Positions 39,661 through 49,751 are shown, numbered from the stretch's first letter. The stretch: 64,000 nt of DNA from Alphaproteobacteria bacterium UBA1185 (GCA_002310415.1 DBYN01000001.1:4332-68331), one strand, 5' to 3'. Program-made: numbers and translations. The notes: generated from the sequence alone by a model not told the origin.

Positions 39661-41593
39661 TTGTTTTTTTAGATGCGGATTTTGTAGCTGTCTTTTTGAC
39701 TGTTGCCTTTTTACCAAAAACAATTTCTTTGATTTCTTCACCAGACAAAGTTTCTTTGTCCAATAATGCCTGTGCCAATTTATCAACAACTGCTTTACCT
39801 TTGGTCAATATAGATTTGGCATCTTTGTGTGCATTATCTAACCAATCGCGAATTTCATTATCAACAATTTCTGCTGTCTTTTCAGAAGCATTTTCCAATG
39901 CAATTCTTTGACCAAAAGTATTTGCTTGATTGACAGCAACCAAACCAATTTTATTTGACAAACCAGCAGTTGTTATTGAATAACGAGCCAAACGCGTAGC
40001 CATCGCAATATCACTTTCCGCACCAGTTGTTATTTTATTTGCACCAAAGAATATTTCTTCTGATGCACGTCCCGCCAACGCCACAGCCAGATTTGCCTGT
40101 ACTTCATCCAAAGTCATAGATACTTTGTCATCAATCGGTAAATGTTGCACCATACCCAAAGCGCGACCACGCGGTATAATTGTCGCCTTGTGAATTGGAT
40201 CTGTTATATCTTTGTAATGCAGACTAACGAACGCATGCCCTGCTTCGTGATAAGCGGTCAATTTAATATCTTCTGGGCGCATCTTGCGGTTCTTTTTTGG
40301 TCCCATTAAAATTTTATCGCGCGCTTCTTCTACATCACTTTGCTCCACAACCTTGTGTTCGCTGCGTACCGCATGCAACGCCGCCTCGTTCAGCAGATTT
40401 TCCAAATCTGCACCAGAAAAGCCCGTTGTACCACGCGCAACATCCATCATATTTACAGATTCACCAATTTTAAATTTTTTCGCATGCAAATCTAAAATTT
40501 CACGACGACCTTCCAGATTAGGTAATTCTATGTTTATCTGTCTGTCAAAACGACCAGGACGCAACAATGCGGCATCCAACATATCAGGACGATTTGTTGC
40601 AGCAATAACAATTATACCTGTATCATTCGCAAAACCATCCATTTCAATCAACAATTGGTTCAAAGTTTGTTCGCGGTCATTATCGTTTAACGAATGTTTA
40701 CTTCTGCTTTGGCCAATCGCATCAATTTCATCAATAAATAAAATACAAGGCGCATTACGTTTTGCCAATTCAAAAATCTCTTTGATTTTTGCGACACCTA
40801 AACCAACAATTATCCCCGAAAAATCACTGCCTGATGTGGCAAAGAACGGAACATTTGCTTCACCAGCAACCGCACGTGCCAACAAAGTTTTACCCGTTCC
40901 TGGTTCACCAGACAACAATATACCACGTGGAACACGAGCCCCAAGTGCTTTGAATTTGGCTTGATTTTTCAAAAAATCAACAACTTCCATCAATTCTTGT
41001 TTTTCAGAATCTATACCTGCAACATCTTTGAAAGTCGTTTTCGTTTTTCCTGTGGTAATTTTTGTTGGGTTTTGACCAATCAAACTACGTGTAATGCCGC
41101 CACTACCACCAGCGGCCCCGCCACGCATTAAACGCAACAACCAGACAAAAAATAAAACCCCAACTACAATCGGTACCCATCTGGCAATTACATCAAATAA
41201 AGAATCTCGATTACTGATTGATACAGTTGCACCATTTTTAGAAATCTTTTCCAACAATTCAGGATTATAAGTAATCGTAGCCCTATATGGGGTACCATCT
41301 GATAATCTGCCTGTTGCAACATTATCACGATTAATTTCCATTGTTTTAATATCTGATGCTTTGCGTAATACATCTGAAAAAGATAATTCGATTGGTGCCT
41401 TGATGGTTTTGCCATCAATATCATTTGTTTTCATTTCCCCAACAAACAAAACCCGCGCAATCAACGCAATAAAAAGGGCAACAAATACCATCAAATAAAA
41501 CTTTGAACCATCTTTCTTATTTGTGTTAAAACTATTGCTTTTTCCGTTTTTCATATCTTTTCCTAAAAGTTGTTCTTTTTCCTTCGGGAACAA
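39647..41593 (-). CDS. ftsH: ATP-dependent zinc metalloprotease FtsH
   Basis: Two N-terminal TMs. AAA+ Walker A GEPGTGKT and Walker B ILFIDEIDA, the SRH region, and the zinc site HEAGHA. Start is ambiguous (41593 or ATG 41554). Confidence 0.95.
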   Translation of the reverse strand: MFPKEKEQLLGKDMKNGKSNSFNTNKKDGSKFYLMVFVALFIALIARVLFVGEMKTNDIDGKTIKAPIELSFSDVLRKASDIKTMEINRDNVATGRLSDGTPYRATITYNPELLEKISKNGATVSISNRDSLFDVIARWVPIVVGVLFFVWLLRLMRGGAAGGSGGITRSLIGQNPTKITTGKTKTTFKDVAGIDSEKQELMEVVDFLKNQAKFKALGARVPRGILLSGEPGTGKTLLARAVAGEANVPFFATSGSDFSGIIVGLGVAKIKEIFELAKRNAPCILFIDEIDAIGQSRSKHSLNDNDREQTLNQLLIEMDGFANDTGIIVIAATNRPDMLDAALLRPGRFDRQINIELPNLEGRREILDLHAKKFKIGESVNMMDVARGTTGFSGADLENLLNEAALHAVRSEHKVVEQSDVEEARDKILMGPKKNRKMRPEDIKLTAYHEAGHAFVSLHYKDITDPIHKATIIPRGRALGMVQHLPIDDKVSMTLDEVQANLAVALAGRASEEIFFGANKITTGAESDIAMATRLARYSITTAGLSNKIGLVAVNQANTFGQRIALENASEKTAEIVDNEIRDWLDNAHKDAKSILTKGKAVVDKLAQALLDKETLSGEEIKEIVFGKKATVKKTATKSASKKTNAKK

Positions 41594-42515
41594 TCAAAAT
41601 TCGATTGTTAAATCTGCGAATCGTACAATGCCCCAACGTGAATTGACAATCACTTTGTAATTTACATAGTGCTTGCTGTAAAGAATTCAAGCGCGGTAAA
41701 TAATCATCACCACCAATCTTTTGAATTGCCAATCCCAATAACTTTAATCTAATTTCGTCCGCTTCGTCAAACAAAAAAGATTCCGCGAACATCGTCCCCC
41801 ATGGTCGTAAAATAATTTCCAATCGGTTTGTGATGTATTTATCCATCCATTGACGTGTTCGCCCCAAATTTTGAATTGCTAACAGTATTCTGGAATCACT
41901 TATACCCAAATTATCATTTAACAACTGTCTGTTTTTACGAATTTTTACCCTGGTATAATGTTCATCACTGTTCATTGAATCAACAAAATATTTAATATGA
42001 TTATCATCACAATATTGTTGTATTTCTTCACGAGATACATCCAACAATGGGCGTAAGATTTTAATCCCATTGCGCAAAGATTCTTGCATCATACCAGATA
42101 AACCATATAAACCACTGCCCCTAGATAAATTCATTAAAAATGTCTCAATTTGATCATCACTTTGATGTGCAGTCAACAAATATTCTATTCCATTTTGTGC
42201 ACAAAAATCTGTCATCATTCTATAACGATTTTCACGTGCAGCCGCTTCCAGACCTGATTTTGGTTTATCCCCGTCCCATATAAAAACATGACAAGGAATA
42301 TTTAATTTTTTACAAATATCTTGAACATAACTTGTTTCCGTATCGGCTTCTGGTCGCAATTTATGGTTAACATGTAAACAAACAATATCCGCCCCAACTT
42401 CATGTAACCAATAAAGTAAACACACAGAATCAACGCCACCACTGACACCAACAGCCATTTTTTTGCCTTGATATTTACGCATAAAATCTTTAAATTTTGT
42501 ATTCATAGTAAACAT
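41532..42515 (-). CDS. tilS: tRNA(Ile)-lysidine synthase
   Basis: PP-loop VGVSGGVDSV. The tilS-ftsH gene order is typical. Confidence 0.85.
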   Translation of the reverse strand: MFTMNTKFKDFMRKYQGKKMAVGVSGGVDSVCLLYWLHEVGADIVCLHVNHKLRPEADTETSYVQDICKKLNIPCHVFIWDGDKPKSGLEAAARENRYRMMTDFCAQNGIEYLLTAHQSDDQIETFLMNLSRGSGLYGLSGMMQESLRNGIKILRPLLDVSREEIQQYCDDNHIKYFVDSMNSDEHYTRVKIRKNRQLLNDNLGISDSRILLAIQNLGRTRQWMDKYITNRLEIILRPWGTMFAESFLFDEADEIRLKLLGLAIQKIGGDDYLPRLNSLQQALCKLQSDCQFTLGHCTIRRFNNRILIVPEGKRTTFRKRYEKRKKQ

Positions 42516-42556
42516 ATTTTATGGTATAATTTCGAAAAATAAAGGAAAAAGACAAA

Positions 42557-43138
42557 ATGGCTCATAAAATCAAATCAGTAGCAGTCTATTGTGGACACGA
42601 AGACGGTAACAACCCAGAATATGCACGCGATGCACGCAAAATTGGCGAATTATTGGCACGAAATAAAATCACTTTTGTATTTGGTGGGGGAAACGTGGGT
42701 TTAATGGGCGCCGCCGCGGAATCCGCATTACAAAACGGCGGTGAAGTAATTGGTATATCAACACCACACGTAATGTCAAAACAAGAACCCGTTCTTGAAG
42801 GTATAGACACAAAAATAGTCGACGGAATAAGTGCCCGCAAAGAAGAAATGTTTGATTTATCCGATGCTTTTATCATTTTGCCGGGCGGAATCGGGACGTT
42901 GAATGAATTGACAGATATACTGACCAAACAACAAGTTGGCGAATCTTGTAAACCTATTATATTTATGAACACCGCAAAATATTGGGATTTTTTGGGACAA
43001 GTAATGACACATATGGATCACGAAGGTTTCATTGAAAGCATGGACGATTACAACATAATTGTTGCAAACACCCCCGAAGAATTGATACGGAAATTATTGG
43101 ATGACGACAATCTTGTTACGACTTGTCGCACCCTTTGA
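42557..43138 (+). CDS. LOG family protein (TIGR00730-type, cytokinin riboside 5'-monophosphate phosphoribohydrolase-like)
   Basis: VYCGHEDG, FGGGNVGLMG and PGGIGTLNEL motifs. Confidence 0.8.
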   Translation: MAHKIKSVAVYCGHEDGNNPEYARDARKIGELLARNKITFVFGGGNVGLMGAAAESALQNGGEVIGISTPHVMSKQEPVLEGIDTKIVDGISARKEEMFDLSDAFIILPGGIGTLNELTDILTKQQVGESCKPIIFMNTAKYWDFLGQVMTHMDHEGFIESMDDYNIIVANTPEELIRKLLDDDNLVTTCRTL

Positions 43139-43324
43139 AATCACAATTCGCGACTTTGCAATTGACAAATATTCAGATAATAAATCAATAACCGCCCTGT
43201 TGGCACGACCATTTTCAGGGGCGGTCGTAGTATACACACGTAAAACATCGCCATCTAAAACAACTTTGTTTTGCTTTGCATGGGGAATTACACGTATATT
43301 AAAAATCTTCTTGGAATCGTTCAT
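43094..43324 (-). CDS. DUF167 (YggU-like) family protein
   Basis: RVIPHAKQNKV..LRVYTTTAPENGRANRAVIDLLSEYL...KGATSRNKIV is the typical UPF0235 pattern. Confidence 0.7.
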   Translation of the reverse strand: MNDSKKIFNIRVIPHAKQNKVVLDGDVLRVYTTTAPENGRANRAVIDLLSEYLSIAKSRIVISKGATSRNKIVVIQ

Positions 43325-43646
43325 CGCTCATAATATGGATATGAAAATGCATAACAGATTGCCCTGACCCACGCCCAGTATTTGCAACAGTTCTGAAATT
43401 ATTATTCAAATTTAATTTTTCAACAGTATTACGAAAGCCTTTCCAGAATGCTGTTTGTTCTGTGACAGATGCATTTTTTGTAAAATCCATGATATCAGTA
43501 TATTCGCCACGCGGTATTACCAACACATGCACACGCGCACGTGGTGACACATCATAGAAAGCCAATACATTATCATCACTGTAAACAGTTTTATTTGGGA
43601 TTTCACCACGTAAAATTTTGGCAAAGACATTATTTTTATCATACAT
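43299..43646 (-). CDS. HIT family (histidine triad) protein
   Basis: Start set at MYDKNNVFAKILRGEIP. HVLVIPRG and the histidine triad QSVMHFHIHIM are present. Confidence 0.85.
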   Translation of the reverse strand: MYDKNNVFAKILRGEIPNKTVYSDDNVLAFYDVSPRARVHVLVIPRGEYTDIMDFTKNASVTEQTAFWKGFRNTVEKLNLNNNFRTVANTGRGSGQSVMHFHIHIMSDERFQEDF

Positions 43647-43723
43647 TATACACACCTTTGTTTTACAACTAAATAATACAATCAAAATAAAGAAAAAATC
43701 AAGTCATGAAATAATTTTTTAAT

Positions 43724-44323
43724 TTACCATTCCATACGTTTTATAAATCTGATAACCGTAGTATATTGAACATTCATGACCTTGGCAATTTTATATGCAG
43801 ACATACCAGAATCTAATAACCTGCGCACTTTTAAAGCATTATCGGTCATTTTTAATTTTTTTGATTGCGCAGACAACGGCCGCCCCAAATGCTTACCAGC
43901 AGCACGAATATTATCTAATGACGATTTTGTACGTTGACTGATAAGTTGCCTTTCAATTTCTGCCGATATACCAAATGCGAAAGCCATAACTTTTGATTGT
44001 ATATCATCGCCTAATTTGTAACTTTCTTTGATGGTCCAAACCTGACAATTTTTATTCAAACAATTTTCTAATATACGCATAACTTCCAACAAAGAACGTC
44101 CCAACCGAGATATTTCGGCCGATATTAAAATATCGTTTGCCTGTAATTCATTTAATAATTGCCCCAGTTGTCGTTTATGTAACGGCTGTCGCGAAGAAAT
44201 AGTTTCTTTGACCCACATATCTATTTTAATATTATTCCGTTTAGCAAATTGTTGTATTTCAAATCGCTGATGTTCAACAGTTTGTTTATTTGATGATACA
44301 CGAATATATCCAATAATCGACAT
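43724..44323 (-). CDS. Small serine recombinase (resolvase/invertase family)
   Basis: 199 aa. IGYIRVSSNKQ carries the catalytic Ser context. ISRLGRS and the Arg-rich E-helix region are present. The C-terminal HTH is GMSAYKIAKVMNVQYTTVIRFIKR. Confidence 0.85.
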   Translation of the reverse strand: MSIIGYIRVSSNKQTVEHQRFEIQQFAKRNNIKIDMWVKETISSRQPLHKRQLGQLLNELQANDILISAEISRLGRSLLEVMRILENCLNKNCQVWTIKESYKLGDDIQSKVMAFAFGISAEIERQLISQRTKSSLDNIRAAGKHLGRPLSAQSKKLKMTDNALKVRRLLDSGMSAYKIAKVMNVQYTTVIRFIKRMEW

Positions 44324-44587
44324 TTTATAACTCCTTGATATTAAAGATTTTTTTTGATATTTTTTCTTGTATTTTAATAGTACGTTTAAATCAACATATT
44401 TTTTAATTTTTTTTTCATTTTTTATTTTACATACAAAAAAACCAGAAAACCGGCTTTTTTTGAATCTTTATAAACTTCATGTCAACATATACTAGCGTTT
44501 GTTACACAAACGTACCTTTGTGCAACAATTATTTTTGTAACGATAATTCGTTTACTTTTTAATTAATTAAAAACAAAGGAAAACAAA

Positions 44588-46540
44588 ATGAAAAAAACTT
44601 TATGTTTAACATCCTTGCTTGCAATTATGGCAACCAATGCTGCAATTGCAAATACAGATGTAACTTTTGGTGGTAAATATTTATTGCCAGATGGGACAGA
44701 AGCAAACGTCAGCACAAATGTTGGCGACACCACATATACCTATACTAAAACTGATGGTTCCAATGCGACCGCAGCATATGATGAAGACCCAAATTTAACA
44801 TATTTTACATATACAAACAAAGATGGTATTACCGCTAATTTATCATCTGGAACTGGTTTGACACAATCTGATTTTAATGCAGACAGTGCCGCAACAGGTG
44901 ATGTAATAACAACACAAACAATAGCAGCAGGCGAAACCGCAGATAGAGCAAATTATACATACGTAAATGGTAAAGGTAATACTGTTGTATTGGGTGACGC
45001 TAAACAATCTTTCACAGAATCATACAATTTATTAACAGGTTTACCAATTTCTAACGATTATACTATCGCATTGGCTGATAATTATATCACCTCTGTTGAT
45101 GTCACAGATGGCACACCAGATAACACTTTGGATGGTACACACTATATTTTACATGCATCTAATAACAATGATTACAGACTGAACGAAGACGGAACTGAAA
45201 TCAGAAAAGTCAGCGACGGCAGTATTGTTAATATTGCAGATTTTCCAGATATAAGTTCAGAATTAACTGCTTTACAAAATGCATACACTTCAGATGTCTC
45301 TGCAATCAACAATTTGAGAACACAAACCGGTGACTGGGCCGCCGATGAAACAACAGCATGGGGGACCGCTGATACAATATTTAATACCGATTCAAATAAA
45401 ATTAACACATTGAATGGATATTATACAGAATACACCGATGCATTAAGCGCATTGGATGCAGCAAATTCAGCAAAAGCAGATGCTGTTGAAGCAAATACAG
45501 AAAATATTGCCTATCAAACCGCTGCACGCGATTTGTATAATTCATCAATTGAAACGACATTAGCAAGTGTAGAACAAAATGCCAAAGATTACGCGGACAA
45601 TTTGGCATCTAATTATGATGCAGCAGGTTCTGCAAATACTGCTGAACAAAACGCCAAAGATTACGCAGACAATTTAGCATCTAATTATGATGCAGCGGGT
45701 TCTGCAAATACTGCTGAACAAAATGCCAAAGATTACGCAGACAATTTGGCATCTAATTATGATGCTGCCGGAACATCTGCCACAGAAACCGCACGTGCAA
45801 CAGCAGAAGAAGCATCTATTCGTTCGGATTTTGCGACTGCGGATACTGCGACATTAACTGCTGCAAATGGTTATACAGATACGGCTGTATCGGTCGAAGC
45901 AGCACGTGTTGATGCAACAATGGGTACAATCCATGGATTGGTTGGAAACGCAAACGCACCTACAACATCTAATGGTAAAAAATACAATGGCAACTTGGCA
46001 GTTGGTACAACAGTTGAAGACCATTTATTAGCATTAGATGATTCAATCGGTGACAGAAGAACCTTGAACGGTAATCATGTGTCTAAATCTGTTTCCGTTG
46101 TTGAAAACCTGCAATCTTTGAATGACGATTTAGATGCAGAAATTGCACGTGCAACAGCAGAAGAAGCATCTATCCGTTCAGATTTTGCAGCTGCTGATGC
46201 TTTGACTTTAAACCAAGCAAAAGCATATGCAGATAACATTAATGCATTGAACTTGCAGGCGGCCAAATCTTATACAGATGAACGTATTCAAAAATTAGAC
46301 AAAGATTTGTCTGCTGGTATCGCCAGTTCTGTTGCTTTATCTTCTGTATCTGTATCAAATGTTCAAAAAGGCGAAGTATCCGTCGGTGCAGGTTACGGAT
46401 TATATAACGGTCAATCCGCAATGGCATTTGGTGCAGCAATGGGCTTGTCTAACAACTGGTCTGTAAATGCCGGTGCCGGAATTTCTAATTCGGATTTTTC
46501 GTTCCGCGCAGGTACAAATTATAAATTCAAATTATTTTAA
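44588..46540 (+). CDS. Trimeric autotransporter adhesin (YadA-like C-terminal anchor)
   Basis: Signal peptide MKKTLCLTSLLAIMATNAAIA. A Thr/Asn/Asp-rich passenger is followed by repeated stalk motifs (ARATAEEASIRSDFA.AD twice). The C-terminal anchor is AGIASSVALSSVS...SVGAGYGLYNGQSAMAFGAAMGLSNNWSVNAGAGIS..FRAGTNYKFKLF. Confidence 0.85.
   Translation: MKKTLCLTSLLAIMATNAAIANTDVTFGGKYLLPDGTEANVSTNVGDTTYTYTKTDGSNATAAYDEDPNLTYFTYTNKDGITANLSSGTGLTQSDFNADSAATGDVITTQTIAAGETADRANYTYVNGKGNTVVLGDAKQSFTESYNLLTGLPISNDYTIALADNYITSVDVTDGTPDNTLDGTHYILHASNNNDYRLNEDGTEIRKVSDGSIVNIADFPDISSELTALQNAYTSDVSAINNLRTQTGDWAADETTAWGTADTIFNTDSNKINTLNGYYTEYTDALSALDAANSAKADAVEANTENIAYQTAARDLYNSSIETTLASVEQNAKDYADNLASNYDAAGSANTAEQNAKDYADNLASNYDAAGSANTAEQNAKDYADNLASNYDAAGTSATETARATAEEASIRSDFATADTATLTAANGYTDTAVSVEAARVDATMGTIHGLVGNANAPTTSNGKKYNGNLAVGTTVEDHLLALDDSIGDRRTLNGNHVSKSVSVVENLQSLNDDLDAEIARATAEEASIRSDFAAADALTLNQAKAYADNINALNLQAAKSYTDERIQKLDKDLSAGIASSVALSSVSVSNVQKGEVSVGAGYGLYNGQSAMAFGAAMGLSNNWSVNAGAGISNSDFSFRAGTNYKFKLF
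45572..45770 (+). repeat. 72-nt in-frame tandem repeat (~2.75 copies) inside the adhesin gene
   Basis: Units start at 45572, 45644 and 45716 and encode EQNAKDYADNLASNYDAAGSANTA. Copies differ at only a few, mostly synonymous, positions. Confidence 0.9.
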
Positions 46541-46563
46541 TATAATTTTGATTTTATAAAGAC

Positions 46564-46597
46564 AAATCCGCTGAATTTTAATTCAGCGGATTTTTTT
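46564..46597. terminator. Bidirectional terminator between the adhesin gene and the methyltransferase remnant
   Basis: The 11-bp stem TCCGCTGAATT-TTA-AATTCAGCGGA is flanked by an A-rich run and a T run. Confidence 0.75.
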
Positions 46598-46850
46598 CAA
46601 AAACAAATATAGCAGCCTTTTGACCTGATAATAAAATATCATATTTTGCAATTAACCCAAAAGCGCTTGGAATATTTTGCATTTTTTCTTTCTGGGCGGT
46701 CAACAATACCAATCTACCTTTTGGTTTTATAACACGTAACAATTCCGCAAATATTAAATCATAAAAGTTATCATCTATATTTTGAAAATACCCCCAAGGT
46801 GGATCGGTAACAATTACATCAATAAAGTTATCTTGAAAAGAATTATGCAA
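46578..46850 (-). pseudogene. Truncated class I methyltransferase (C-terminal part only, DPPW motif IV)
   Basis: IDVIVTDPPWGYF is motif IV of N6-adenine/N2-guanine type methyltransferases. The frame has only ~16 codons upstream before an in-frame stop (46899-46901), no ATG and no SAM-binding GxGxG motif. The tracked start is TTG. Confidence 0.6.
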
Positions 46851-46906
46851 AAAATCTGCAAATATTTTTTTACCCCCAGAAACAAAAGTAGATAAATATC
46901 ACATTG

Positions 46907-47665
46907 TTATTTTTTTCTATGTAATTCTTTGAATTCATTTGCAGTTATTCCACTTTCTACATGAAACAAATTGAATTCGCTATCCATATCGCGTAATTGT
47001 TTAACCATTATATCTTCAATTTCTTGACGTTTTTTTTCCAGTGCTTCACCATGCAAAGATGCATCAACATAAATGGGTGCACCAATATTAACAGTTATTG
47101 TTCCAAATAATTTTGGAATTAATAACCTGTCCCAACGATTAAGAAGATGCGCACGCGATGCAGAAAAACAACACGGAACAATCGGTGCCCCAGTCATACG
47201 CGCAAAATACAAAGCACCATTTTGAACATGCAAAGCAGGTCCACTTGGCCCATCAACAGATATACAAACTGACCGTTTTTTTTCACGAATAACACGCACA
47301 CCTTCACGTAAAACAGAAACAGCACCTTCGGATGTACTGCCATAAATCGGGCGCAAACCGAAAAACTTCTGTAACTGCGCCATCATTCGACCATCTTTAT
47401 GCCGCGAAGTAACACAATATGCCGGTACACCCGCACATTTAATGGTCGGTGACAACATTACAGTTCGACCATGAAAAAACACAAAAATAACAGGCTTTTT
47501 ACGATACTGCTTTAAAGATTTAACATTTGTAAAACGATGCTTTGATGTAAAAAATATAAACCATATCATCAATGCAACCAACCCCATCAAAACCCATTGA
47601 ATAACCGGGCTACGTAAAATTGGTCGCCAAAATTTTTTCCAAATTCTTTTGAATATTTTTTTCAT
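46907..47665 (-). CDS. DUF374 / lysophospholipid acyltransferase-like family protein
   Basis: N-terminal TM. FFHGRTVML, SRHKDGRMMA, GSTSEGAVSVLRE and VDGPSGP are typical DUF374 motifs. Confidence 0.7.
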   Translation of the reverse strand: MKKIFKRIWKKFWRPILRSPVIQWVLMGLVALMIWFIFFTSKHRFTNVKSLKQYRKKPVIFVFFHGRTVMLSPTIKCAGVPAYCVTSRHKDGRMMAQLQKFFGLRPIYGSTSEGAVSVLREGVRVIREKKRSVCISVDGPSGPALHVQNGALYFARMTGAPIVPCCFSASRAHLLNRWDRLLIPKLFGTITVNIGAPIYVDASLHGEALEKKRQEIEDIMVKQLRDMDSEFNLFHVESGITANEFKELHRKK

Positions 47666-47763
47666 AACAATGACATATTATCAATAAAAACCTTAAAATG
47701 CAAGAACAGCAGATTATGCAAACACATAACATGCTGTTCTTTAATTTATCTACAAATATAACC

Positions 47764-49380
47764 TTACATCATTCCTGGCATACCACCACTCTGTGGTGAC
47801 ACAGGTTTTTCTTCTGGGATTTCATTCATAACTGCCCCCGTTGTCAATAACAACCCAGCGGTCGACGCAGCGGCCTGAATTGCGGTTTTTACAACCTTTG
47901 CCGGATCGATAATTCCAGATTTCATCATATCAACATATTCATCTGTTTGAGCGTTATATCCAAAGTTATATTCTTTGTTTTCCATGATTTTTCCAACAAC
48001 GATTTCACCAGATACACCTGCGTTTTCAGCAATCTGCATACATGGCGCAACAATTGCTTTGCGAACAATATCAATGCCGACATTTTGATCTGTGTTATCA
48101 CCTTTGATATCCGCAAGTGCACTAACAGCACGCACCAAAGCAACACCACCACCCGCAACAATGCCATCTTCCACCGCAGCACGAGTAGCAGCCAAAGCAT
48201 CGTCAACACGGTCTTTCTTTTCTTTAACTTCCACTTCCGTCATGCCCCCAACATGAATTACTGCGACACCACCAACCAATTTAGCCAAACGTTCAGCCAA
48301 TTTTTCTTTATCATATTCACTGGTTGCGTTAGATAATGTTTGGCGAATTTCATCTGCACGATTTGCAATTGCTTCTTTATCACCATTGCCATTAACTAAC
48401 AAAGTTTTATCTTTGGAAACAACAACACGTTTCGCACCACCCAACACAGCAGGTGTGATATTATCAAACGTCATTCCCATATCATCGGATATAACCGTTG
48501 CACCTGTAACAATTGCGATATCTTTCAACATTTCTTTACGTCTATCGCCAAAACCTGGTGCTTTGACAGCACATACTTTTAATCCGCCACGCAAACGGTT
48601 TAACACCAAAGTCGCCAACGCTTCACTTTCAACATCATCTGCAATTATCAACAAAGGACGACCAGATTGAGCAACTGGTTCCAATATTGGCAATAATGCT
48701 TGCAGACCCGTAATTTTCTTTTCAGAAACCAAAATTTGAGCATTTTCCAATTCTGCCAACATTTTCTCACTGTTTGTTACAAAATAAGGTGACATAAAAC
48801 CTTGGTCAAATTGCATACCTTCAACAATATCAATTTCTGTATTTAAACCTTTGGCTTCCTGAACAGTGATAACACCTTCTTTACCAACTTTGTCCATAGC
48901 ATCAGCAATCTTTTGTCCAATTTCTGAATCACTGTTTGCAGAAATTGTCGCAACTTGTGCTATTTCAGAAGAATCTTTAACAGGACGAGCGTGCTTTTCT
49001 ATATCCGCCACAACAGCATTAACCGCGATGTCAATACCACGTTTAATATCCATAGGATTCATACCCGCAGCAATAACACGTCTGCCTTCGCGGAAAATAT
49101 TTTGTGCCAACACGGTCGCGGTCGTTGTTCCGTCCCCTGCACTGTCGCCCGCACGTTTGGCTACTTCCTGAATCATTTTTGCGCCTATGTTTTCAGCGGG
49201 GTCTTTCAAAGACACTTCCTTGGCCACAGTTACACCATCTTTGGTAGCGATTGGCGCACCATATGGGCGTTCAATAACAACCGTACGTCCCTTGGGCCCC
49301 ATAGTAATTTTTACGGCATTTGCCAATTTATCAATACCAGATGCTAATTTATCTGTATTAAAAACAATATCTTTTGCCAT
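47764..49380 (-). CDS. groL: Chaperonin GroEL
   Basis: MAKDIVFN..., [13 protein letters not shown], and the C-terminal GGMPGMM tail. Confidence 0.97.
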   Translation of the reverse strand: MAKDIVFNTDKLASGIDKLANAVKITMGPKGRTVVIERPYGAPIATKDGVTVAKEVSLKDPAENIGAKMIQEVAKRAGDSAGDGTTTATVLAQNIFREGRRVIAAGMNPMDIKRGIDIAVNAVVADIEKHARPVKDSSEIAQVATISANSDSEIGQKIADAMDKVGKEGVITVQEAKGLNTEIDIVEGMQFDQGFMSPYFVTNSEKMLAELENAQILVSEKKITGLQALLPILEPVAQSGRPLLIIADDVESEALATLVLNRLRGGLKVCAVKAPGFGDRRKEMLKDIAIVTGATVISDDMGMTFDNITPAVLGGAKRVVVSKDKTLLVNGNGDKEAIANRADEIRQTLSNATSEYDKEKLAERLAKLVGGVAVIHVGGMTEVEVKEKKDRVDDALAATRAAVEDGIVAGGGVALVRAVSALADIKGDNTDQNVGIDIVRKAIVAPCMQIAENAGVSGEIVVGKIMENKEYNFGYNAQTDEYVDMMKSGIIDPAKVVKTAIQAAASTAGLLLTTGAVMNEIPEEKPVSPQSGGMPGMM

Positions 49381-49392
49381 AATATCATCCTT

Positions 49393-49677
49393 TTATAAAA
49401 TACCTAAAATATCAGATTCTTTAATTAGAACATAATCTGTTCCATCAATTTTAACTTCATTCGCAGATGCAGCCCATTTAGCAAACAAAACCATATCGCC
49501 AGGTTTGACCGACATTGGTATTTTTTGACCGTTTTCAAAAACCCCATCGCCAACCACAATAACGCGACCACGAACAGGTTTTTCTTTTGCTGTATCTGGA
49601 ATAATAATACCACCCGCTGTTTTATTTTCTTCTTCTATTCTTGTCAGCAGGACATAATTATGCAATGGTTTAAACAT
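49393..49677 (-). CDS. groS: Co-chaperonin GroES
   Basis: Start set at [28 protein letters not shown] (ATG at 49675-49677) after AAAGGAG. 94 aa. Confidence 0.95.
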   Translation of the reverse strand: MFKPLHNYVLLTRIEEENKTAGGIIIPDTAKEKPVRGRVIVVGDGVFENGQKIPMSVKPGDMVLFAKWAASANEVKIDGTDYVLIKESDILGIL

Positions 49678-49702
49678 AATAACAACTCCTTTGCTATGCA
49701 GG

Positions 49703-49732
49703 AAATATAATTCAAAAAAAACACATTTCAAG
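49703..49732 (-). promoter_or_regulatory. Possible RpoH (sigma32)-type promoter of groES-groEL
   Basis: The minus strand reads CTTGAAA (49732-49726), a 16-nt spacer, then TATATTT (49709-49703). CTTGAAA is the sigma32 -35 core. I see no CIRCE inverted repeat. Confidence 0.4.
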
Positions 49733-49751
49733 CCCCAATTGTTGACTTAAT

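Noticed and set aside
40284-40964. 226-aa plus-strand ORF antisense to ftsH, and similar antisense ORFs inside groEL, rho, PFOR and the ABC transporter
   Set aside because: They overlap unambiguous conserved genes on the opposite strand, and no independent signals were seen.
43094-43138. 45-nt convergent 3' overlap between the LOG-family gene and the DUF167 gene
   Set aside because: Both stop codons are unambiguous, so the overlap is real if both genes are real. However, short convergent overlaps occur in compact genomes, and I see no additional signal of regulatory significance.
44556-44573. Perfect 18-bp palindrome TTTTTAATTAATTAAAAA just upstream of the adhesin ribosome-binding site
   Set aside because: It consists entirely of A/T in a very AT-rich intergenic region and could easily arise by chance. 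It is kept only as a note under the recombinase-adhesin hypothesis.
45572-45770. Checked whether the regularly spaced repeats (here and at 61443-61694) could be a CRISPR array
   Set aside because: The units are directly tandem with no spacers. They are in frame inside long ORFs and encode sensible protein repeats. No cas genes are present in the window.
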